Of a stretch of 64,000 nucleotides of DNA, positions 56,456-64,000 are shown one piece after another. Under the pieces are notes generated by a model. It was not told where the DNA came from, made no database searches, and saw nothing but the letters and a program-made list of their open reading frames with translations. The DNA is taken from NCBI GenBank assembly GCA_937899865.1, contig CALBRH010000001.1, forward strand, positions 1 through 64,000, read 5' to 3'. Position numbers and translations under genes: made by a program. How positions within the stretch are numbered: position 1 is the stretch's first letter; the number at the start of each line of letters is the position of its first letter. The DNA is from an uncultured euryarchaeote. Its GTDB lineage: Archaea > Thermoplasmatota > Poseidoniia > Poseidoniales > Poseidoniaceae.

Positions 56456-58981
56456 GTGACATTATTGTCCAAAAGTATCAGAATTAGAAGTCGTTATCAA
56501 AGACGAATACTAAACTGGTTACTTGATAATAGTGGTTCAGTATCTGAAATCTCAATGACATTGAATATTAGGACGCCCCATGCATCATTAGCATTAAGCG
56601 AACTAAGGAAAAAAAACCTTGTACATAGAGATGATTTACATGGAATTAGAGGTGCAGTACACAATATTACTGAATTTGGAAGGAAAGTACTGGAGGAAGA
56701 TCGACTTAGATTATACAAGAGATATGTAGCAAAAACCGAGCAAGAATATGACGGTATTGTTTTACAATCTAAAGACCATGAGTTACTACTTTGCTACCAT
56801 AAAAATCCTCCAAATTCATTATTTCCGCTGCCAATAGATCCATTTTCTGAAAATATTGATTCAATAAATGATTCCAGTGGAACAGATGGGGTGATTTGGG
56901 CATCAGTAGTTCCAGAATCTATCAAATGGTATTCAGCTGAGAGTTTAGAGCAAATTACACCTCCTAACGAACTTGGAATGGGTACACTTGATGCTTGGTT
57001 ACAAACAACAGACTCATTTGCTTTGGTAAGAGCAGTTTTATTCAAACCGACAAACCAATGGAATGTTCCGCCAGGAACAAAATTCAATACACCAAAATAC
57101 AATCAATCTGAAGTTCCTGAAATTTTGTCATCAGGTGACCACAACATTGGTAAAATCGTAGGCACAGATTTAGTAGTTTCATGGAATACTAGATTACATG
57201 CTCACTTGACATCAGAAATCGATATCAATTTGCTAATAAATTCCTTTTCAAATAATGCCTATGTTCTTAGAAAAAACCCAATTAAACCCGATGTGACTAC
57301 TCTGCCAATCGATAGTTTGTATGAGTGGTTGAAATTGCGTCACAAGAGATTGAGTGAAGAAAAACTCAGGGCAAAATTTGAACAAATAAAATCTGTAATT
57401 GATAATGAATCAATAAATTCTCTTAGTGTTCCGCTGCAGAAGGAAATCTCAAGAGATTTTGGCTATTGTGAATGGATAAATGAAACACCGGAGAATATTG
57501 ATATTTCTAATTTATCAATTGATGGAGTTAAGTCGATAATAATGTACTTGAGAATGACATACTCTACAGAATATGTTGTAGAATGGGATTGGGAAATAGG
57601 TTCAAATTCTGAATTTTTGAATAATATGATAAGAGAATCAAACTGCAGACTATTGGTTACAAAGTTAGGTTTGTCATCGGCAATAACTTCATCATTTGCA
57701 ACCTTAAATTCCTTACCAGATCTTGCCATTGCTAGATTAAATTTGTCAAATCAACATTCTCTAGACCTAGAGTTGACCAGTGATCATAACAAACAAGCAA
57801 ACATCGCTCATAGTTTAATTCCTAAAGATGCGATTGAATTATTGAATGCCTATGATTATGACTCATGGGATTTGTCAAAAATGACAAGTTCATCTGACGA
57901 TTTTGAGTTCAGGTCTCAAATTTGGCAAGCTCTAAACAAATATCCGTTAGGAGATGAAACTTGGTCTAATGATATTGAAACATCAAATCCCTTGGCAGCA
58001 TGGATTGCAACTCCAAATGAATTTCGCGAGAGTAGATGGATTAGAATTGCTAACAAACTTCGAGATAATTGGGCAGATTTGATGCAATGTGAAAATACAT
58101 CGCCTAAATTACTGGCATCCAGTATTAATTTGGCTAGTGACCAATGGAAGTTAGATGCAATAAAGCAAATCTCACAACACTTTCTTACAGATAACCAATT
58201 ACTGATTGAAATGAGAAAAGATGCATTAAATTCATCTCAATCAAGTGCTATCTCAACTGCTATTTTGCTAATTTGTGACAAATTACCAAATGAATTCTCA
58301 TCATATGTTAGGAGTGCTGTCGATGAATGGTTAGATTCTCCTCTGTTTGCTAATGATGTGTTAGAATCTTTGTTTAGAGAAAATAGTGAAGGAGACTTTG
58401 ATAGGTTTGTTGTCTATGATAAAGTTGCTTTAGCATCAAAGATACATCCTAAGAATTCAATTTTGTATAATTGGGGAAGATATGTCATGTGTTTGAAAAA
58501 TTCAGAACTCATTTCAAATGAATTAATGAGGGATTTTATCAGTCTATTACCCTTCCATTGGTGGTATGGTAATTCATCAGATTGGTTAGTTAGTCAATTA
58601 TCCAGTTCAGCAGGACGAAGATGGTTAGCTGAACAGCGAATACCTTGGCCCGGACTAATCTTTAGATTAGATGGAGAAATCTGGGGCCCACCTGGGTTTA
58701 GAAAGAAATTTGTAAGACAGATTCCAGCAAGCAATGATCTTTTATTTATTCCAATAATGCAAGATTGTGTTGCAAAAGACTACTTGATGGATACTTATGA
58801 TTTAGCGTCAAAAATCGAAGATTCCAATTTTAGAATTACAGCTCGAACTCATCCAAAAATAGGATTTTTGTTGCGGGAACTCAATGAATGGCCTGATTTT
58901 TCTGTCAAGATTATTTCTGAAGGTGATGCAACGATTGGCGCGTTAATTTTTGGCATTTCATACTACAAAAATCTGAATTGA
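56456..58981 (+). CDS. Large hypothetical protein with N-terminal winged HTH
   Basis: RILNWLL...SVSEIS..L.I..PHAS.AL.EL....LV.R...G....ITE.G. The remainder is helical with no NTPase motif. Confidence 0.75.
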   Translation: MTLLSKSIRIRSRYQRRILNWLLDNSGSVSEISMTLNIRTPHASLALSELRKKNLVHRDDLHGIRGAVHNITEFGRKVLEEDRLRLYKRYVAKTEQEYDGIVLQSKDHELLLCYHKNPPNSLFPLPIDPFSENIDSINDSSGTDGVIWASVVPESIKWYSAESLEQITPPNELGMGTLDAWLQTTDSFALVRAVLFKPTNQWNVPPGTKFNTPKYNQSEVPEILSSGDHNIGKIVGTDLVVSWNTRLHAHLTSEIDINLLINSFSNNAYVLRKNPIKPDVTTLPIDSLYEWLKLRHKRLSEEKLRAKFEQIKSVIDNESINSLSVPLQKEISRDFGYCEWINETPENIDISNLSIDGVKSIIMYLRMTYSTEYVVEWDWEIGSNSEFLNNMIRESNCRLLVTKLGLSSAITSSFATLNSLPDLAIARLNLSNQHSLDLELTSDHNKQANIAHSLIPKDAIELLNAYDYDSWDLSKMTSSSDDFEFRSQIWQALNKYPLGDETWSNDIETSNPLAAWIATPNEFRESRWIRIANKLRDNWADLMQCENTSPKLLASSINLASDQWKLDAIKQISQHFLTDNQLLIEMRKDALNSSQSSAISTAILLICDKLPNEFSSYVRSAVDEWLDSPLFANDVLESLFRENSEGDFDRFVVYDKVALASKIHPKNSILYNWGRYVMCLKNSELISNELMRDFISLLPFHWWYGNSSDWLVSQLSSSAGRRWLAEQRIPWPGLIFRLDGEIWGPPGFRKKFVRQIPASNDLLFIPIMQDCVAKDYLMDTYDLASKIEDSNFRITARTHPKIGFLLRELNEWPDFSVKIISEGDATIGALIFGISYYKNLN

Positions 58982-59008
58982 TGCGATGGTTTCATTTATG
59001 TTAGCATT

Positions 59009-59293
59009 GACAGTATAACGCCGCACTAGCAACATCGGGCAGAGCTACTGTGAAATTGCAATGAAGTTCGATACCAATGTGCGGTCCGCTATCGAAGACC
59101 AAAATGACCCTTAGGGGGATGATTTTTGGGGCAAAAGCGGTAAACCATTTGGTAGGTTATGGGTCCTTGTGTGACGTAAGGATGAACTCAAGACAACCAC
59201 CCTATCAAACAGCACGCCCCGGCACCGAGGGTCAGGCCTTGGAGCAATGCGATGAAATAGGCCGTTAGGAGCTGGGGCACAGCGCTGCTGTCC
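59009..59293 (+). ncRNA. ffs: Archaeal SRP (7S)-like RNA
   Basis: Alu domain: CCGCAC/GTGCGG (h2), TAGC/GCTA (h3), UGUGA U-turn, ATTG/CAAT (h4), and a loop-loop pair ATCGGGC/GTTCGAT. Terminal pairing is possible (GACAGTA/TGCTGTC or TAACG/CGTTA). The ends are approximate. Confidence 0.7.
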
Positions 59294-59368
59294 AAAGTAT
59301 ACTTAAATCGAAATCTTTAGTTTGATTTAAGCGATTAACTCAAAGGCCAATTTTGTTACAGGACTGCA

Positions 59369-60391
59369 ATGGCAACGGATGGCGGTTATACTTGTTGCCT
59401 GGTCGGGGGGACTTTCGATAGGTTTCATTCTGGACATAAATTATTGTTAAGTATGGCAATTTCTCGTGCTGAAAAGGTTGAAATTCATGTGGTTAATGAT
59501 GAATTAGCAAGTCGCAAATCATTATTTATTCAAGGTTATGAAGAAAGAGTTAGCACTATTCTTGATTGGTTAGAGGAAAAATCGATACATTCTGTAAAAT
59601 TGTTTCAATTAGATGATTCGTTTGGTCCAGCACCAGTTCACAAATCAGCAGATGCAATTGTTGCAACTCCTGAAACACTTGCAAATTGCCATGAAATTAA
59701 TCGAATTAGAGAATCTTCAGGATTAGCAAAACTATCGATTTTGGAAGTTCCACATATGTTAGATTTTTCTGGACAGATAATTAGCAGTTCAAGAATTAGA
59801 AGTGGAAAGATTGATTCAGATGGGAATCCATGGATAGATCAAGATAGACGTTCAAGTAGTTTGAAGATGGTATCAAGCCTTGATAGTGAATTAAAAACAC
59901 CGATGGGGACTTTGTTTAATGGACCTGAAGAGTTTCCAGAAATTGCTATGGGTGAAGCCTTAGAATCAATCGATAGAGAAAATAGTACAATCATCGCGGT
60001 TGGAGATGTATCGGTTGCAACTTTACTAGAGATGGGTTTCATTCCCGACATTGGAATTATTGACGGTATGACTAAACGCATTGAATTAGAAGAATCTCAA
60101 AAGATAGATACTACAAGTTTTGGTAATGAATTAACTGCCAAAAACCCGCCTGGTCACCTTACACCATCGCTAATTGATGCTATTGAGGAGGCTCTATCAA
60201 ATGAAGAATCCACTGTTATAAATGTTGATGGCGAAGAGGATTTAGCTCCAATTTTAATTCATTGTCTTGCTCCAATCGGTAGTGTTGTAATATATGGTCA
60301 ACCCAAAGTTGGTGTAGTTGTACAAGTTTCAAGCTTGGCTGTCAAAAATCGATGTCGTGATATTTTGTCAATGTTTGAGGTGGTTGATTGA
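59369..60391 (+). CDS. coaD: Fused phosphopantetheine adenylyltransferase + DUF359 (GTP-dependent dephospho-CoA kinase)
   Basis: GGTFDRFHSGH and IISSSRIR (PPAT); AVGDV, IIDGMTKR, VDGEEDL, YGQP (DUF359). Confidence 0.88.
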   Translation: MATDGGYTCCLVGGTFDRFHSGHKLLLSMAISRAEKVEIHVVNDELASRKSLFIQGYEERVSTILDWLEEKSIHSVKLFQLDDSFGPAPVHKSADAIVATPETLANCHEINRIRESSGLAKLSILEVPHMLDFSGQIISSSRIRSGKIDSDGNPWIDQDRRSSSLKMVSSLDSELKTPMGTLFNGPEEFPEIAMGEALESIDRENSTIIAVGDVSVATLLEMGFIPDIGIIDGMTKRIELEESQKIDTTSFGNELTAKNPPGHLTPSLIDAIEEALSNEESTVINVDGEEDLAPILIHCLAPIGSVVIYGQPKVGVVVQVSSLAVKNRCRDILSMFEVVD

Positions 60392-61503
60392 AAGAGAACC
60401 CTTTGATTTCAATCACTGTTTGTGTGAGGGATGGTGCACATTGGATAGATGGTTGTTTAGAGTCTCTAAAAAATCAAACTTACCGACCTCTTGAAATTAT
60501 TGCAGTGGACGATGGTTCAACAGATGGTTCTAAGGAATGTTTAGAGAAATGGCATAACACTGAGGATGAAATTCCAGTTTTCGTATATTCTCAAGCTGCT
60601 ATTGGATTATCAGCGGGTAGAAATTTAGCTGTCGAAAATTCACATGGAGAATGGATTGCGATTACCGATATCGATGCAAGGCCGACACAAAATTGGATTA
60701 CAAATCTGTATGAAAAATCACAGCCTGTCGATGATGGTGAGCAAGTAGTAGCAGTAACAGGGAGAACAATTTTTGAAAGAGCCGATGATTTAGTCAGCCT
60801 ATTACGTTCAGTAGAAATAGAATCTAAATATCGCTCAAGACCAAGAAGAACTAGTTTAGCCAATGGTCCTTGTTCAATGTTTCATCGTTCTTCATTAAAT
60901 GAAATAGGCGGTTTTGATCCTTCATGGTATCATGCAGAGGATATGGAAGTAAGTTTGAAATTAATTGCAAATGGAGGAACGATTGTTTATGCTCCTGAGG
61001 CAGTAGTAGCACACGTTCCCGAATCGGGGCGAAAGCGGTTTTTGGACAAGCGTTCCAGAGATGCAAGAGCCCATGTCAGGATAATTAGGAAATATCCTAA
61101 AAGACGCCGACCAGGTCCAGATTTTGATTTTATCGGAAGTTCAACTATGGTACTTATTGTAGCACCACTGTGGTTAACTGCATTTTTGATGGTATTACCA
61201 TTCTTGTATCTTTTTAGTCAAACAGACAGTCTCGGTAGGGAAGAATTTCATACTTGGTGGCAGACTAAAGTATTGCTAGTCAGCATTTGTTTAATGTTTA
61301 TTCAAGAACTAATATTGTGGCGAGGGCCGTTAGGAGTAGTAAATCGAACGGCAATATTTCACAGCAATAAAAATCGATTTTATGTTTATGTTGCACAAAA
61401 ATTTCTAATCTTGCAATGGAGTTTAGCATTATGGAAAGGACTAATGCTTGGATGCTATGATGCTATTACCAAGAAAAATGGACATGATTTCAAAAAATCA
61501 TGA
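60388..61503 (+). CDS. Glycosyltransferase family 2 with C-terminal TM helices
   Basis: EIIAVDDGSTDGS, GRNLAV, ITDID, GGFD...AED.E...L. Confidence 0.92.
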   Translation: MKENPLISITVCVRDGAHWIDGCLESLKNQTYRPLEIIAVDDGSTDGSKECLEKWHNTEDEIPVFVYSQAAIGLSAGRNLAVENSHGEWIAITDIDARPTQNWITNLYEKSQPVDDGEQVVAVTGRTIFERADDLVSLLRSVEIESKYRSRPRRTSLANGPCSMFHRSSLNEIGGFDPSWYHAEDMEVSLKLIANGGTIVYAPEAVVAHVPESGRKRFLDKRSRDARAHVRIIRKYPKRRRPGPDFDFIGSSTMVLIVAPLWLTAFLMVLPFLYLFSQTDSLGREEFHTWWQTKVLLVSICLMFIQELILWRGPLGVVNRTAIFHSNKNRFYVYVAQKFLILQWSLALWKGLMLGCYDAITKKNGHDFKKS

Positions 61504-62115
61504 GTTGTTTTCTTCAGGTTGAGGGGAATTTGCTGCATAAACTAAAGCAAATCCAAAAGCCATCAGGCCGATGGTGACTGAATAAACTCCAGGGTCAATC
61601 CAGCCGGTGGAATTTATTCCGAAGTACAGGTAATTGGCTATACCAAGTAGTAGACACCATGCACCAAAAGTCTTGAACCAGCCACCCAATTCAGGATTTG
61701 CTAGAGACATCCAAGTTTGATTTACAAAGATTGACTTAGCCCAAGCACCTATTCCTCCATCTTGAGCATTTATTGTTTTGAAGCCCAATGCGGCAAAAAG
61801 CCCACAAATCGCTAGAAATACTATGTCGGATACAACGAATGATGGGGCTGTTGAAAGATCTTCAAATGCTTTGTTAGTTAATTCAAAAGTTAGGACTCCA
61901 GACCAAGAAACACGGTAGTTGGGATGAATCTCTCCAAGCAAATTTAGTACTCCTAAGAATATACCAAGCATACCTAAACCAACAAACCAATTTGACATGG
62001 CCTTTGAAGGGTTTAACAGCATTTGAACAAGTCCATCTTCTGTATTGCTCACTTCGCTCATGCGTCGCCCACCTGCCATGTGATTATAAGTACACCGAAC
62101 CAAAAAAATCCTCAA
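61498..62115 (-). CDS. Hypothetical four-TM membrane protein (start probably ATG 62079 or 62061)
   Basis: Four hydrophobic helices; downstream of and co-oriented with cdc6. Confidence 0.65.
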   Translation of the reverse strand: MRIFLVRCTYNHMAGGRRMSEVSNTEDGLVQMLLNPSKAMSNWFVGLGMLGIFLGVLNLLGEIHPNYRVSWSGVLTFELTNKAFEDLSTAPSFVVSDIVFLAICGLFAALGFKTINAQDGGIGAWAKSIFVNQTWMSLANPELGGWFKTFGAWCLLLGIANYLYFGINSTGWIDPGVYSVTIGLMAFGFALVYAANSPQPEENNS

Positions 62116-62120
62116 AATCC

Positions 62121-63377
62121 TTACAATCTTGTTTGATATTTGTAAGTGCCATTGAATATATTCTCTAGTTCAGGCTCAGCTTCAGACATAATTGTTACTG
62201 GATTGATATTTTGCGGTATGCAGGAATTGATTTCCTTTGACCTACCATATCTACCTTTACTGATTGTTCTTGCCGTAATTAGTCCTAGCATGTCCAAACT
62301 TGAAATTAAACCTGAAACTCTACGCTGAGTTAGTGCATTGGTTCCAAGATGACGGCAGGCTTGTGAATAAATAGAGTATACTTCTCCAGTTTGAATATTT
62401 TTCAAACCATTCTTTTCATTGATTAAGATGGCTCCTAAAACGATCTTTTGTTGGTTTGGTAATTTGGCAATTACTGGAGTCATTTGGTCAGCTTCTATTT
62501 GATGCTGAGCAATTTTCACATGATTTTGTTCAACCTTTTCTGAACCGCTAAGTTCAGCTTTTTCCGTAGATACTCTCAACAAATCAAGAGCACACCTTGC
62601 ATCACCATGTTCTTGTGCCGCTAAAGCAGCACACATTTCTATTACTCCATCTCCAATCACTCCATCATGTAAAGCAATCTTGACTCTTTCACGCAAGATA
62701 TCTTGTAGTTGCTGCGCATCATATGGATTGAATATTACATCAAGTTGTCCAAGCCTAGATCTCACTCTCGGGTCGAGGAAATCAGTGAACTTGAGGTCAT
62801 TAGAGATTCCAATAACACAAGAGCGAGCTTTTTTCAACGAGGAATTAAGATTAGTAAGATTGTATAGCAAATCGTCTCCAACCTTCCTAACTAAGTGATC
62901 GATTTCATCAAGTACAATAATGAATACACCTTGTCTTGAATCCATTCTTTTAACAAGTTCACTAAACACTCTATCAGTAGGCCATCCAGTAAAAGGAATT
63001 TCATCAATTTCATGGTCTTCTAATAGTGAATTTCCAATGTGGCTAAGGACCCTATACTGTGTGTCAATCTGTCGGCAGTTGACAATAACTGTTTGTACTG
63101 AACGGTTAAGTTGTTTACCTTTATCTTCAAGTTGACTACAAACATAGTTTGTGACTGCAGTTTTTCCCGCACCAGTAACACCATACAATGTCATATTAGA
63201 TGGAATATGTCCTTTCAGTGCTTCAACAAGATTGAACGATAAAGTATCGATCTCATTTTTTCTATGTGGTAATTTACTGGGGTTGTAATTGTGACGTAAG
63301 AACTCTTTGTTTTGGAACAGGGTTTTTTTAGACAGATAACCATCGAATATGTTTTCTGTCATTCCTCTGTCCTCCAT
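62121..63377 (-). CDS. cdc6: Orc1/Cdc6 replication initiator; start may be ATG 63362 after GGAGG
   Basis: LPHRK.EI, GVTGAGKT, LDEID, RVRSRL, FNPY...L.DIL, GDARCALDLLR, C-terminal wHTH. Confidence 0.96.
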   Translation of the reverse strand: MEDRGMTENIFDGYLSKKTLFQNKEFLRHNYNPSKLPHRKNEIDTLSFNLVEALKGHIPSNMTLYGVTGAGKTAVTNYVCSQLEDKGKQLNRSVQTVIVNCRQIDTQYRVLSHIGNSLLEDHEIDEIPFTGWPTDRVFSELVKRMDSRQGVFIIVLDEIDHLVRKVGDDLLYNLTNLNSSLKKARSCVIGISNDLKFTDFLDPRVRSRLGQLDVIFNPYDAQQLQDILRERVKIALHDGVIGDGVIEMCAALAAQEHGDARCALDLLRVSTEKAELSGSEKVEQNHVKIAQHQIEADQMTPVIAKLPNQQKIVLGAILINEKNGLKNIQTGEVYSIYSQACRHLGTNALTQRRVSGLISSLDMLGLITARTISKGRYGRSKEINSCIPQNINPVTIMSEAEPELENIFNGTYKYQTRL

Positions 63378-63515
63378 TTAGCATCTCAACCCGGCTGGCC
63401 GGGAAAAGCGCGATGAACCTCCCAGTCCGAGTCCCCCTCATAAGCATACCTTTGACAAAAACTTTCACAATCTTATTTGTGTAATAATTAATGAAAAAAA
63501 GATAATTGAAATATG

Positions 63516-64000
63516 TTAGAAAAACCATTTCCCATTCCAGTTAATTACATACTTATCTTGTGCATGTAAAACATTGCTCGGATGGTTTGGAAATTCATTT
63601 GAGGTTATGGTTGGGTGTTGTGAATTCTTGCAATCAATAAATGTATGAGTAATAATGAAATTAGTGTTTGGATATTGTTCGCTAAGCGCTTGTATATCGG
63701 ATGGCTTGTGATGCTCATCACTTGGCACCCATTCTGGAATTCCCATTTCAATAATTGCCAAATCAGTCTTACTTATTGCATCATATAGAGGCTCACAAGG
63801 TCCAGAGTCGCCACTATGAACAAATTTCGCTCCACTAGAAGATTCAAAACTATAGCCAAAAGGATCCACTGCATCATTATGATTTACTTCAAATCTGTTC
63901 CAACTCCATCCATCAGTAGTTACTCCTTGAGAATTTTCATTCCAAGTAATTTTTGAAAGAATATTTTCTAGTGATCCAGGATAAGCTATTTCACATAGAT
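63516..64000 (-). CDS. Metallo-beta-lactamase-fold hydrolase (RNase Z/PhnP-like), 5' part outside the window
   Basis: The frame is open to the window end (...FEVNHNDAVDPFGYSF..., HSGDSGP, IITHTF). Confidence 0.8.
   Translation of the reverse strand, partial: LCEIAYPGSLENILSKITWNENSQGVTTDGWSWNRFEVNHNDAVDPFGYSFESSSGAKFVHSGDSGPCEPLYDAISKTDLAIIEMGIPEWVPSDEHHKPSDIQALSEQYPNTNFIITHTFIDCKNSQHPTITSNEFPNHPSNVLHAQDKYVINWNGKWFF

Noticed and set aside
59009-59293. RNase P RNA or group II intron domain V
   Set aside because: There is no GAGGAAAGUCC-type P4. ATGCGATGAAA recalls domain V but cannot form its stem, and the Alu fold explains the 5' region.
63378-63515. Replication origin directly upstream of cdc6
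   Set aside because: The gap is short and contains no ORB-like element; the best ORB match is at 56369.
4317-63528. Numerous 60-165 aa antisense or out-of-frame ORFs in the track
   Set aside because: They overlap well-supported genes, lack motifs and have shadow-ORF composition.

Overview
The window appears to be three unrelated DNAs joined without spacers. (1) About 1-1085: the 3' part of a bacterial-style GT4 glycosyltransferase. (2) About 1160-2430: high-GC eukaryotic DNA with a spliced gene encoding an ARMET/MANF-like saposin domain fused to a J-domain, plus the tail of an RBM25-like PWI gene. (3) About 2431-64000: a gene-dense, AT-rich archaeal chromosome that looks like Marine Group II Euryarchaeota (Poseidoniales), based on DUF3860, Hjc, Alba, Bud32, Cdc6, presenilin, an archaeal type IV pilus locus and bacterial-type ThrS/FolC/GlpX. 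Segment 3 is mostly housekeeping genes plus tRNA-Gly(GCC). Its most notable features are: a BoxB-like di-iron aryl-CoA epoxidase cluster (PaaG-type crotonase, ALDH, 3-hydroxyacyl-CoA dehydrogenase, EamA, Bat-type HTH regulator with a palindromic site, no reductase in the window); an SRP-like RNA with a clear Alu domain but a non-canonical S domain; an ORB-bearing AT-rich candidate origin flanked by two winged-helix genes rather than cdc6; a completely cysteine-free Mrp/ApbC next to a Cys-rich DUF971 gene; a presenilin with a ~375-aa inserted domain; and a choline-monooxygenase-like Rieske enzyme. No CRISPR array, IS element, integrase or rRNA was seen. All family calls come from motif recognition by eye; no database searches were run.
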